Assembly (NCBI RefSeq): GCF_036321535.1
Contig: NC_087437.1
Span: forward strand, 65,040,001-65,104,000
Source: Camelus dromedarius
Taxonomy: Eukaryota
Direction: 5' to 3'
DNA length: 64,000 nt
The notes under the pieces were generated by a model, which saw nothing but the letters and a program-made list of their open reading frames with translations, did no database searches and was not told the DNA's origin. Both the position numbers and the translations under genes were made by a program. Every line of letters starts with the position of its first letter. Within the stretch, counting starts at the first letter, position 1. Below are positions 51,163 through 64,000 of this stretch, piece by piece.

Positions 51163-51594
51163 GTGACTTGGTTTTACAAAATACTTAAAATTTTTTATGT
51201 TTAATCAGAAGCATTACCAGTTTTATTCCAGTTTTCCTGAACTCATTGATTGCATATGACTTGTACTTGATGTTTAAAAAGCTCTATTATTACCATTGTA
51301 TTTCAGAAAAAAAAATGAATATACAATACTATAAAAGACTGCAGATTTACTATAAAATTGGTATCTTATCTCAGTGCTTAACAAGATTTTAGACCAAATC
51401 TCAGGCTTAGAGAAGAAAAATTACTGTGATATCTGAAGAAAAATACTGTGATCACAATAAACAATGCTTTAATTGTGTATTTATTTAGCGGTCTACAAGC
51501 TCAGTATTTGACAGGTGGTATAAAAGGGCATAAAAGAAGTAGTAGGCAGTTCTCCCAGGTTAAAATGGGAAGGCAGAACAAATCATTAAAATCA

Positions 51595-53420
51595 TTGATT
51601 CTTTTAGTTTAATATGGATTTATTAGGCATCTGCTATATGCCAGGTATATGTCTGTCATTGGGTTTACACAATTGATCAAAATATGAACCTCTTTTTCAG
51701 ATAGCTTACAGTATAGTGGAAGAGATCAACACAACACAATTATGTTACAGTGTATTAAGTTACAATGTTTGAGGGTGCACAAGTATTAGAGCTCCTAATC
51801 CAAACTGAGGGGGGGATGCTTTCTGGAGAAGGTAACACCTGAAATGAAACATTAAGCATGAAAATTTGGCCAGAAAGGAAGAAAAGAAAGCAGTATTTGT
51901 AGGTAGAAGTAACAATATAAGCAAAAGTACAGAGATAAGAAACAACATGCTGAGGGTGAAAAGTAGGCTATAGTTCACAAGACAGAATACCATGGAAGAG
52001 AGAGCTCCAGAGATCTGCAGAGTCCCCTTCAAGTATTCAGTAGTGTACTGATTGGCACATGCGTTTGAGGAAACTACCTAATGCCAAGAAAAACAGTAAT
52101 CCAAAAGGATTTAGAGGAACAGTACCAGAAACACACAAAGCCAGGGGTACTGCCTGATTCCAACAGTCAAACTGGAAAACCTCATGAATAATGGAGCATT
52201 GGGTAGAGTACTCAGGTTTCATCTCGGTAGTGGGGGATAATTAACATTAGACTGAGCACTATTCTGAACCATCCCAACAAAATGAAAACAAAATCTGAAA
52301 GGATCAAATTATTTCCAAGCCAGTTAACTGCATCTGGTAATTGAAACTGCCTACATCTTAAAATCTTCTTTATTCTAAAGTATACAAAGGCAGGAAGTTT
52401 AGCAGAAAAGGTCATACTTTGATTTGGCTTTAAAAAGATGAGAAAACCCCGCTTATGCCATCATATAATCTCTTTGCTCTCTCCCCCTCTCCCTGCTTCC
52501 TCTACTAATACAAAGTAATTATATCTTGCAGTAATAATTTCTGCAAACTAATGATGTTTAGATAGAATCTATAATCATAACTATATGTAAAATTCTTGAA
52601 AATGTAAACTAATTTATAGTGACAGCAGATCAGTGGTTGCCTGGGAATAAGGTACCAGGGAGGGCAAAGAGGGAAGGACTGCCGTGAAACAAAGGGAAAC
52701 TTTAGGGGGGTGATGGATATGTTCATTATCTTGATTGTGGTAGGGAAAAATATCAGAACTTATCAAATTGCACTTTTAAATATGTACAGTTTGTTGTATA
52801 TCAATTATAATTTAATGATGCTGTTCAAAATAAAAATCATCAGGCCTTGAGAAGTATTTTGATAAGGGGTAAGATAAAAGATACATTCAGGTATCACAAG
52901 TTTTCTATATTGGGTAATGAGACAGTGGTATAACCAAAACAAAGAATATATAAAGAGTTGATTTGGAGAAACAGGTGATAAATTCAGTATTGGTTTTGTT
53001 GAACATAGATATGTTCAGCAGGAAGAGAAATAAGAGTCCATGCATAGACTTGTATACAAATATTCATAGCTTTATTTGTAATACCAAAGACAAGACAACT
53101 TAGATATCCACTGACTGCTGAATAGATAAACTGTGACTTCTGGAAAAAATCTGGACTAGAGTTATAGATTTATGAGTTATCAGCCTACAAATGATAGTTA
53201 AAAACATGAGAGCTTAGTGGAAAGTATGAATCCAGTGAGAAAGGAAGTAGGCTGAAAATGAATCCTGAGGAGTAGCCTTTAAGGGGTATGTTGGGGAAGG
53301 GGAACCCATGAAGAAGACTGAGAAAGAATGGTCAATAATCTGTAAGCGGAGGATGGAGGGGGACCAGAAGAACATTGTATCACAGAAGTTGAATGGTAGA
53401 GTATCAGGTAAAAACTTTAT
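51595..53420 (-). mobile_element. Fragmented L2 interrupted by old L1 pieces (including an L1 3' end at about 52560-52835, plus strand)
   Basis: Reverse-complement L2 3' end tttattaggcatctgctatatgccagg at about 51620; purine-rich L2 body resumes at 52860-53420. Confidence 0.55.
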
Positions 53421-54192
53421 GATTACTTTTTCTAACTGAACGCAAGTCATTTATATTGTTGTTGAATAAGAATCTATTTGCATTGCTCTCAGATAAGAAT
53501 CATTGCCATTATTCATTTTCTACAGGCCAATATCTATTTTTACAGAATTGCAAAATATCCTAATAAGTAGTAAATACATAGTCAAAGGTACGCACCCCTA
53601 GAAAATGACATGTTCCTTAATGGGATGAGTAAAAGGACGCTCAGTAATCCCTTTTGATTATTTCTAAGTATCAGGTAATTTTTCACGACATCAGTAATGC
53701 AAGATGAGGTTGCTAGTATAATAAAGGAAATACCAAAAGAAATTAAAGTTCCTTCTACATTAAGTACATGATAATTAAATTCCTGTAGCATGTTTGTCTT
53801 CATACATCATTAAACAATGAACCATGTATTTACTGTCTTGTGATTTTCCTCTTATTATTACCTTGAATTCTTTTGAATCATCTATTTAATATTTTGTACA
53901 TTTATCTTTCCTCCCCAATTTGATTGCAGGTTTCTCTGAGGAGAGGGCCTTTGGCTACTTTGTATTCCCTATTTTACTTAGCATGGTGCCTTATATACAG
54001 TAAGAATTCAATTAATTGGGTTAATGTGGTATATTCTTGGAACTAAGCTATGCACTTAAAATTTGGTTATCTTCTTGGATCAAACCACAGTCAGGCATCA
54101 AGTTGCTGAACGTTTTATGTTTAATTTGTTGTAATACTTATGCATCAAGCAGTAATGGTACATTTTTTATTTTTTTTATTTTGTTCTATTAG

Positions 54193-54371
54193 TGGTGATT
54201 TACTCAGAATAGAAGTGAAAACTCTGCATTCAATTTTAGATGAAGTTGTTTTCAAACTTTTATCAACAACTAGTCCGGTTATAAGAAGTACTGCTACAAA
54301 GCTCCTACTGTTGATGGCTGAATCCCATCAGGAAATTTTGATTTTACTGAGACTAAGTGCCTGCTACAAAG
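54193..54371 (+). CDS. IQCB1: IQCB1 coding exon 6 (SGDLLRIEVKTLHSILDEVVFKLLSTTSPVIRSTATKLLLLMAESHQEILILLRLSACYK)
   Basis: ttag|T ... G|GTAGTG; 179 nt. Core of ORF 54140..54460. Confidence 0.96.
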
Positions 54372-54904
54372 GTAGTGCTTATATATTCTTTTTTCTCTTG
54401 AGGTTTTCAAAAAGAACATTTTTATTGGTGGTTTATGGAAAAAAATTACCTGTGTTTTAAAAAAAGTCAGTACTGAAATGTGCAGATAAAACTGTCACAA
54501 CAGGAAAAATGAGGAAAAAAATCTTGATGTTATCCACCATCTTCATGTCTCAACAGATGGCATATGATACTTTATTGATGAGGTTACAATGAATATTGCT
54601 CCCTCTCTGACAAAAAGGTGTATTGAATATGCCACATAGTGTAGTAAAATAATGACCAAAAAGATTAGTGATCTTACCTAACTTTACTGAGAAAATAGAG
54701 CTATGCTTGAGAAATTGACAGCCCTTTTGATTTTTACATCAATTAATAATTACTCTTCAGCTCCTATACTGCCTTTCCTCAAAACAAACAAAAACTTTCC
54801 CTCACCTCCAAAACCAAACGTGTATGTGAATAAAAAGTCAGAAAACCTAAGAAGGAAAGGACTCAGTGTATGACCATTCCCATATAATAGTTTTCTACTA
54901 TTCT

Positions 54905-55035
54905 ACAAACTTTACATGTGTTAAACTATTTAATCTTCATAACAATCCTGTGAGATGTTTACTCTTAACCTCATTTTATAGCAGTAGAAACAGAGGCATG
55001 GAAAAAGTAGGTAAATTACCCAAGATCACTCAGTT
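54905..55035 (-). mobile_element. MIR SINE
   Basis: tttaatcttcataacaatcctgtgag...cctcattttatagcagtagaaacagaggca...cccaagatcac. Confidence 0.75.
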
Positions 55036-56278
55036 TTTTTTTAATTACCTAGTAAAGTTATGTGTTAGCTTAATTTTATTTTTTTTGCTAGCCAGAGCTG
55101 TGAATTCATTACAATATATTTTCTTATTCAGTATGGTCAAGGACTAGGTTTCTAGTTATTATATGTACTTATTAATACAGGGTTATATGTAAATTTTCAA
55201 ACATTAGAATATAATGTGATGCATTTAATACCAAAACAATTACAGTGGACTTCAATCATTCCTGATGATTTGGAAGGCACTTTAGTGACTTAGCTTGCAT
55301 TACTCATTACTGTGAACATAATTATTTTATGTATTATAGGAATAGATAGGGAGAGAAAGTGCCAGTTAAAAAATTCTGTACATGATATTGTGCCAGATAC
55401 ATATTTTTTATCTTTGTAATTAGATTTCTTCTATAGAAATGTGACTGTCCAGCAGATTTCATTATAAAGGAATTTTATCTTAACAATATTTCTCTTTCTT
55501 AGCAGTAGAACTTACTCAGTTTCCTCAAGATATTTTACAGTTGTTAATGCTGCTGAGAACTTGAGTCTTGAAGAAAGTATTAGACATGGAAGGATCCATA
55601 CAGTGGATTCCCCAGTTGTATACTCCAAGGCCATTTTCCCTTGTATATTGAATACATACATTACAATGCATCATTCCACCATGCCCTGGAAATAATACTT
55701 ACTTTGTACCTTATATTATTGCTCGGTTTTGTTTTGGGATGAAAGTGTAGTATTCTAGTGTTATAGCATTTCTCCTATAATATATATGCTCAGGGAACCT
55801 ATTGATTTGCCCCAAATTACATACATTACTGTACATTTTTGTTTAATAATAACTTCCTTTAATTAATAGTAACTAGTAACCTGCTTAAGTGCTTCCATAG
55901 GATAGGCATTTATTTACTCAGTATGTATTCATTATCTTTTAAAAAATGTTTTGGTTTAAGGTATTTATGTTCAAACAGGAAAAAAAAACCTGTATAATTC
56001 TGTTCCTTGACTTATCACAATGATTTCACTCCCCTTCTTTTTTTTTAATTAAAAAGAATGACTAGACAGATTTTGCATCAGATCTCAGTTAGCACATAAA
56101 AACTTTTAGGATAGAGGAATATCCTTAAAGACCTCGGTCTAGAAGTTTTTGAGAAAAGGAAAAAGAAAAATGATGTGATTGGTCTTTTTATTGTGTTCAT
56201 TTGTTTCTAAACTAGACTTCTTAACCTCAAATTAATTCTGGTTAGATAACAAAATCATATTTTGTTATTGCATTTCAG

Positions 56279-56388
56279 GACTCAGAAGTCTACTAAATAA
56301 ACAAGAGCCTGGGACAGAGTTTACTCAAGAACTTAGACAGCTCATTGCTCTTTTAAGCCCTAACGTCTATCAGGAAGTAGAAGAGCAG
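56279..56388 (+). CDS. IQCB1: IQCB1 coding exon 7 (GLRSLLNKQEPGTEFTQELRQLIALLSPNVYQEVEEQ)
   Basis: ttcag|GA ... CAG|GTATCA; 110 nt, in frame. Confidence 0.96.
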
Positions 56389-56983
56389 GTATCAAATTAT
56401 AAAAATAATTTGCACGGTATTTGCTAACATTTCAGTAAACATTTTAATTTCAAAATATTGGAGAATGGTAGCCTCTTGAATCTTTTATTTGCTCTCTCTC
56501 CCCTTTCCTTTACTTATTTCCCCCAAACATCCAGAGCAGCAATAGTTTGATGGGAGAAGGAGTTGTTTATGGACTAAATTCTTAACCCTAGAGCCTTTTT
56601 CTATTTTTAAGCATGTACAGAGTCCTTCATACCTTTGAATCCTTGATTAAGTGAAGCCATGCAAAGAAGTCAGGCAAAGATGTTAAAGCATTAAATAAGC
56701 AGGACTAAAAAATCCTTGTAATGGGATTGGAAGTGAGATTAATCAGGAAGAATTTGGAGCTAACCAGACTATCTTGAATATGTTCTAGATATTGCCTAAG
56801 TGAGCCTCCTTTGGGAAGTCAGGTTTAACATTCTTAGGCCTTCCCTGTCCTGGACCTATGAAAATGTTGCCTCCTGCCCAGCTTATTAGAGGTGGAGATT
56901 AATACCTGATATTTTAAGAAGTAAACTTCTAAAAAAGACTTCCCTAGAGATGTCTGTAAATTAATTCTGGGCTTTAATTTCAG

Positions 56984-57093
56984 AAACTGCATCAAGCAGC
57001 TTGCTTGATTCAAGCTTATTGGAAGGGTTTTCAAACTAGAAAGAGATTAAAGAAGCTTCCATCTGCTGTGATTACTTTGCAGAGGAGTTTCAG
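56984..57093 (+). CDS. IQCB1: IQCB1 coding exon 8 containing IQ motifs (KLHQAACLIQAYWKGFQTRKRLKKLPSAVITLQRSFR)
   Basis: ttcag|AAA ... AG|GTAAAA; 110 nt. IQxxxKGxxxR calmodulin-binding motif. Confidence 0.97.
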
Positions 57094-59504
57094 GTAAAAA
57101 AATTTTGGTGAGAGGAATGATGTTCTTGAGAGGGCTAGATATGTTTTATTAGAGCACAGCTGAGTGAAAACTTAAGAGTCTGGGGTTCTTTTTTTCTTTT
57201 TCAGTTTTGGTAATCTATTTTATTCTTGCTTTCATTCTTGTTCCATTCATTTCTGAGTACCAGCATTCCATTAACCAGATGTACTTTCAAAGCAAAGGAC
57301 ATACTGTAAGACAGGAATCTAATGTAACAAATATATAATCCTGTTCACTTAATAAGACTTTTTTTGTGTGGGCCAAGCCTACAGAGGGAGCCAGTGATGG
57401 TCAGTTACCTTATTAAACCCTTAAAACTTTAAAGTTGCCGTAATCGTTCATATGTTAATTATGGTAAAAATACATATGAGTATATAACTATGTCAACCTG
57501 ATTTTCCTCAGTAAATATGGCATGGATATATATGGTCATTGTGATATGACATAGTTTGTCATTTATCTCTATTTCAAGTGGACTAAAAGTGAAATACTGA
57601 AGACATAGCTCAGTTTACATATAACTAACCCATCCAGATTCTTAGAGGCACTAAAAAGAACACACACACAAATGAGTTATCCCCTCATTGATGATAAAGT
57701 AGAGCCATCTCAGAGGTGATTTTTCATGCAACCTAACTTAGCTAAATTTTAATTCACTAAAGTGAAACTTGCATATTCCAAAAGTCAGTGTTTTTTTTTT
57801 TTTTTAAGAAAACTGAAACCTTTCAAGACTGCAGCTGCATTTCTCAGTTAGAAACATGTTTTAAAATAGTGAACTAAAATTCACCTTTAAGTTAGGCTGC
57901 ATGAGGAAATCACCTTTGAGATGGCTCTACTTTGTCACAAATGACCTCAGGAGCTAAGTCATTTGTATCTGAGTGTTTTCTTTCTATTGTGTCTAAGAAT
58001 TTGATGGGTTAGTGGTAGATATTTAAGCCACTCTGGCTAACTGTGTCCCTTAGTGGACATTCTTTTCATAGATAAAAGTTTCCTTCAGAGAAGACTTATA
58101 AAGTTATTGATATCATAGGGCATGAGTTTTGTTGGTAGCAAAAAAAATTAATATTTTTAAACATGCTGCAAGTGCCTAATGTGTGCCAGGAGCTATGCGT
58201 GGTAGTGGGAGAGTTAAACAGACTTGAATTTGTATCCCTCATCAGAAACTTAAGGGCTGAATCACCTTGGACAAGTTGTCCCACCTTTCTCAGCCTCTAA
58301 TTTCCCATCAATAAGATGGGGATAATTGTCTATGTACCTCACAAGATTAAAAGAATAGAAAGTTTTTCTAGCATGTTACTTAGAAAGTGGTAGGAGGGAA
58401 AATGCATATGGCATATTTTTTGCTCTTGAAGATTTACAAATCTAGTTAGACAGACATCTGTTAAATAAGCAGTTCTCATGAGAGGCACGTGTAATCCATT
58501 CCAGCATTGCTCAAAGTTTATTGTCTATCTACTAGCTGTTTTCTTAAAAAACACATGTAAAGTATTTCTTTGGTCAAATAAATTTGAGAAGTGATGAATA
58601 CTTTGAGAGTTACAATGTATATTCTTTTATTCAGGAGTCTCATATGTTCTTGGTATAGCCTTGCCTTCTGTGGTGAACTCAAGTGGACTATTTATGACTT
58701 ACAGATTTTCTACTTGGCTATCATTCTCAGCTGAATGTGCTCTTAACATTTAAGTGTCCCTATGCCATGAATTCAGACTGTTAATGTTTAGCCTTATAGT
58801 AGTTGCTAAATTTGCCAGTTTACTTTCCTTTGCAATTAAAATCTTTATTTAATAGTATCTTAGGATGACAGATTTTGTCCACTTAGAAGGATATCTATGG
58901 AATTTAATTAATATTCCACTCTTTAAAAATAGAAGTTCCATTGCCTATGTAACAAAACCAGACTGGGTACAAATACATCCATTAAAAGACGTTTACCTGA
59001 AGCCAAAATTATTTAAATCTCATATTATGATGTGTTTTTAATTTTTTAACCTCAAGTTTTCTCCAGGTGTCAGCATCTTTCCTCTTCTATTAGTTGCAAC
59101 GTTTATGCAAATTTCTCTTACTTCCTTTGTAGCTGGGCTTTCTGCAAAGGTTATTTCTGTCTTATTTGTGGTCAGGTCATTATCTCAGAGTAATTTTCCC
59201 CCTCCCTGATTTTTTGGGGAGAGACTGCCCACCACTCACAGTTATGGACCTAGATTCATCAGAGCTCTTCAGATTCAACAAGAGGTACATTTTTACTGTC
59301 ACATCCTTGCTAAAGCACTTTCTTGGTGGTTTCTTTTTATTTAATCATTTTCTTGGTCAGAAACTTTGTTTTCTGTTAAGTACCCTTCTCCTCAGCAAGG
59401 TTTTCTAAAGGAACAGTTATTTCAATTACCTTCGGAAAGCTCACAATTTACCTACCTCTATCATGGTGCTGATATTAGGTCTTTTATTTATAATTATTTG
59501 ACTT

Positions 59505-60013
59505 TGTAGGGGAGAAATAATTGTTCCCTCTACCCATTTTAGGTTCATTGGCTGGGGCCCTGAAAATTATACTGACCAAAAAATACCAGATTAAAAAGAG
59601 AAAAAGTTTATTAATGTGTGCAGCACTCACACAAGAAACTTGATGTGATGGGTAACTAAAAGGGGTGGTTAGAACTTGGGCTTATATAGATATTAAAAAA
59701 GAACAATACATTTATAGAAAAATGGCAGGTGAAAAGAAAAAGATTTCAGACTTCCAAGGGCAGCAAACTGTGGGAAGGTAGATATATTGGGGAAACTCAT
59801 GGAAGATATGGGTTATTTCTGTAGATCTGTCTTGGCACCAGCTTTCCATCTTCATGGCCATGGCATCTATGGCAGTCTTCATTTCTCAGATGTTTCTGTT
59901 TTTAGTTAGTTAAGGGAAGCTCTGGGAAGGCTTATTTCTGCATTTTTTGATTCTCATTTGCCTCCAGCACAAAACAGTCTTTATGCCAAACTGGCATATT
60001 CCACTACCCTTCA
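59505..60013 (-). mobile_element. Solo LTR, ERV1/MER34-like
   Basis: Minus strand runs TGAAGGG...CCCTACA with 4-bp TSD actt (59501-59504, 60014-60017). TATATAAG at 59688-59681 and AATAAA near 59612-59607 are in the expected order. Confidence 0.85.
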
Positions 60014-62452
60014 ACTTCTCCTTGAAACTAAGCTCAAGGGCTGTATTTCTTCTCTCTTCACCTAAGGCAGCAATCACTCAAATGTTTGTTGAGTTAATAA
60101 TGAACAGAACCCATGACCTACTTTGCCCATCAACTATATGGGTCTCCTCTGGTTCATACTTCGTATTCTATGACAGAGAAATTTCTGGAGAATTCCTGAT
60201 GTCTTGGCAGCAGATACTTAGGTCAGCTCTCTCTTTGATGGTAAAGGTTCATGTTAATTAAATGTAAATCATGAAACATACTTAGGTAAATTATTTTGAG
60301 AATATGATATCAGTCTTCCTTTTCAGAAGTGCAGTACAAATTCCAGATAGTCAAATGGCTACTTTTTCTCACAAAGAAACCAGTTACGTTAATAATCTTT
60401 TAATTTTTGAGTGATTATAGAAACCTTTACCCACAGAATACCTAGAATATCCCTAAGGGGAGTTGGAAAATATGCAAAATCACATTAATTCCTAATAAAT
60501 GTTTTCAAAACAGTAGGTTAAAACACGTGAATTCAGAAGCACATATATTTATAATTTATTGTCGTTATTCAATCACTGAACCTCACTTGTCTACTGTTTT
60601 CCTGGTTTGTATTTTACTTCTACCTGTATGCTACATGGTCTTTGCAGTTTTGCTAGTTTCATAACCTGCATACCTATGCTATTTATCAAACCCAGTTTTC
60701 TGACAGGTTAAATGTCTTAGCAATGTGGTTTTAATGATTACTATGTTTCTCATACTATAGTATAGTAAAAATATTAGTAATGCAGTATTAGACATTATAA
60801 TCTATAATCAATTAGAAATTAGAAACAGGTGGTTTTTTGTTTTGCTTTGTTGTTAATCAGTTTGAAAGTAGATTCTGTTTAGGGCTTGTTCTCTTTTACC
60901 CTCTATAAGTAGGTAAAGGGCAAAACATTCTTATCTATATACTATTATACAACCCAGTTTTGGAGGGGAGTTCTTTGGGAGAGTCAAGTTTCCATTAGCC
61001 ATTCTTTAAGAAGGAAAGAGCCTTTCTTTACTTGATCCCCAGCACTTCGAAGGGAGCAGGAGAGATAGTTAGAAACTATTCAGCTTGCCCTACATCCTCT
61101 CTAGAACCCCTTCTCCTTCTGGTACACACACATACTTGAGGTCTTCTCTACCTTTGATAATAGGGTTAAGAAAGATGTTTTGACACAAATAAATCCTCAT
61201 CTCAACTCTGGCTTAAGTAGAAAGCCAGAGAAAACTTAAATTGTAATTGGTAGCAGTTAAGAAATTGTAAGAAAACAAAAACTATACATACAAAATATTA
61301 TCAAAATCATTTTGTAGTTTTCCTTTTAAAGTTGTGTTATACTTAATTGTATTTGCTGTTTCAAAAGAAATTGAGTTAAAATCATTATAACCCTCTCTAA
61401 CTACACCAGTATGAAGTCTGCCTGTTAAGACTCCAAAGCTGTAGCCAAGGTACTACATTTGTTGGCCATTTAATTCTAAGAATCTATAAGAAAGCAAATG
61501 CTCTTGAGTGGATACATGCAAATTAAATCTATAGAGATAGATTGCAGTCTGTTTCTCATTTTAATTGTCTGATTTCTTTTTGTATGGGTATCTGAAGGCA
61601 TTTTGAGTATATTTACTGTATACTAACATTTGTGATCTCCTTACATAGTGATAATAGGAAGTAATAAAAAACTATAGACAGAAAGAGCTGAGGAGAAATT
61701 TTGGTGAATAAAAGCAGATAATATAGAAATGCTAACTGAATAAAAATTTTGCAGCCACATGAAAAATCCTATGATCGGTTATAAAAATAATTAATAAGTG
61801 ATAAATAGGTAAACATATGAAGAAAATTAAAGCCATCTATAATCACATGCAGTGAAAATCCCTGTTGGAATTTTAATGCATTTTAATTATTTATTTTTCT
61901 ATATAAGTAAATATATATTTTTAAACACAATTTGAATCTCATAAATTATCCTGATTTTATTTTCACTTGACAGTAGATTGTGGGTATATTCCTATATTAC
62001 TAAATATTCTTTGAAACTATTTTTCTCATAGTTTATAGAGTTTCATCCAGTGAATGAATCAGTATTTATTTATATAACTCACTATTGTGGGACATATGGT
62101 TTATTTTCAACTTGTTACTGTTGTAATGCTGTGGAGAACATTCTTAATTATTTACATACATACTGGATTTTTCCTTAAGAAAATTATTAGAAATGAAATT
62201 AATTGGTTAACATTTTTAAGGCTGTTGATACATATGTTGATGCATATATCCAGATATTTCTCTAGGAAGGTTGTACAGCAGCAGCACATGAAAACTTATT
62301 TCATCACATTCTAACTACACTTGGAATTATCTTTAAAGTTTTTTTTTCTGTCTGTATTTATATGATTACTAGTGAGGTTGTCTTTTTTCATATACTTCTT
62401 GAGTAGACATATGATTATGAAAATTGTGTGTAAGGTAATGTTTCCATCACAG

Positions 62453-62595
62453 ATCTAAACGAACAAAGATGTTACTGAAGCTAAATAGGCAGAAGGAAGA
62501 AGAAGATCGCAGATTACAAGTGCAACTTCAAAGGCAGAGAGCCATGAGACTTTCCCGAGAAATACGACTGAGTATGCTCGAAGTAGTTCATCCAG
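62453..62595 (+). CDS. IQCB1: IQCB1 coding exon 9, coiled-coil region (SKRTKMLLKLNRQKEEEDRRLQVQLQRQRAMRLSREIRLSMLEVVHP); gene continues beyond the window
   Basis: cacag|A ... G|GTGCGT; 143 nt, in frame. Confidence 0.96.
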
Positions 62596-63271
62596 GTGCG
62601 TGGCAGTATCAGTTTTATAAGTGAAAGACTGACTACAGTATCTTAATAAATAAATTTCCTAGCTACCTGATGATTTCTTATTTTAAATGTGGACCTTTCC
62701 CTGTTTCTCCTTTTTTAGATAAACCTTAAATCTCTCAAGTCAAAAAAAGTTACTGATTTTTCTAATTAAGGCCTATTAGTTGATGATGAGCAATCTCTCC
62801 ACTAGTTTTTCTTTTCTTTCAGATAAATTAGTGAAACATAAAATTTTATGCTTAAAGATAGCTGTCAGTGACATAAAGAAAGAACCCCTTGAACTTAAGT
62901 AAGGTGTTAGACTATTGCTACATTCTGCCCTCAGAACTTTACCCATACCCCAGGTTAAGCTTTGTGAACCTTCTTACCACCTTTGACACACTAAGCTGAA
63001 ATTAATATTAAAGTATAGTCTGGAAATCTGAGTTGTTTCAGCATTCTTTTTTTGTTCTTCCCCTCCCTTCTTGGTACTCATTCCCAGTATCCTTTATAGC
63101 CTCTTATTTCTCTTCCTTTCCCTTAAATATAGATGTTTTCCAGAGTTCCATCCTTACCCCATTATTCTCATGTTGCTCTTCCCATCCGTAACTGTAGCTT
63201 CAACCACCAACTGTGTGTTTAGCACTCTGAAATCCTATCTGCATTGTCATCCTTTCTGCTAAGCTGTAGAC

Positions 63272-63459
63272 CAAACCTGCCCAGTATAACTTTTGACAAA
63301 ATGAAATATTCTATATCTGCACTGTCCAATACAGTAGCCAGTGACTACAGGTGGCTGTTTACTTGAAATGTGGCTAGTGCACATGAAATTTTAATTTTAC
63401 TGTATTTAAATTTAAGTAGCTATTTGTGGCTGATGTCTACTACATTGAATAATACAGCT
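63272..63459. mobile_element. MER3 (hAT-Charlie MITE) inside an L2 fragment (about 63100-63760)
   Basis: ctatatctgcactgtccaatacagtagcca...cttgaaatgtggctagtgc...; near-perfect 8-bp TSD ctgtagac/ctgtagcc. Confidence 0.8.
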
Positions 63460-64000
63460 CTGTAGCCAGCTGCCTGTTGGTTGATTTTACTTAGCTATCT
63501 ACAAGCATCCGTAACACTAGTCATTATCTGCCCCCACTAACTTCCTCTTCCTGTATTCCTCATCTCAGGTAATTCCACCAACAGTCTACTCAGTTTCCTA
63601 TCTGTGAGACACCCTAGAGTTATTTTCCTCTCTCACCTACATGTCTAGTTCTAGTTGGTCACTAAATTCTATTAATTTGTTGTACTATTTCTCAGATATA
63701 TCCTTTTTTATTATTACCTTCTACTGCCTTATTCTCTCACTTAGCTACTGTTAACCCTGGGTTATATGCTGACCAACTCCCAGAAAGTAAAAATAAAATC
63801 ATCTGTAGAATCAAATGAGTGACTAAAGAGACATTTAGAATCACACAGAGTAGGTAACACATGTACATGATTTGCCCTTTCCCTCTGGTGGCACTGAAAG
63901 TCTTCTTAACTATTTACTTGTGTATCTTTTTTCTGAATGTTTTTGCTATCAGATTTTTAGCCCTTTTCTCATTCCTCTGACACAAAAAAATTATATGAGT

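Noticed and set aside
54140..54460. 106-aa single-exon ORF
   Set aside because: It is IQCB1 coding exon 6 plus intronic read-through on both sides.
1..64000. CRISPR arrays, operons or prokaryotic defence-type systems
   Set aside because: The DNA is clearly mammalian (spliceosomal introns, L1/L2/MIR/SINE), and no regularly spaced repeat-spacer array was seen.

Overview
Mammalian genomic DNA, most likely camelid (inferred from tRNA-derived SINEs and young L1 3' UTRs). It contains the head-to-head gene pair EAF2 and IQCB1/NPHP5 sharing one compact CpG-island promoter at about 35.75-36.9 kb. EAF2 is on the minus strand: coding exons 1-5 run from 36019 down to 5081, and the last exon lies outside the window. 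IQCB1 is on the plus strand: two probable non-coding exons, then nine coding exons from 40796 to 62595, continuing past the window end. All coding exons have GT-AG boundaries and splice into uninterrupted frames. Most of the rest is interspersed repeat: young and old L1, L2, MIR, an ancient CR1/L3 remnant, tRNA-derived SINEs, two solo LTRs, hAT/Tigger MITEs and microsatellites. Most entries in the ORF track are L1 fragments or chance ORFs. I found no convincing new multi-gene system. The best leads are: a TSD-bounded chimeric L1 carrying about 265 nt of foreign sequence; a twin-primed L1 nested inside another L1; upstream ORFs on both genes (the EAF2 one ends in a TAATG stop/start overlap); three splice donors 16 nt apart after EAF2 exon 5; and a candidate poison exon in EAF2 intron 4. 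Repeat family names come from recalled consensus sequences, and their boundaries are approximate unless TSDs are given.
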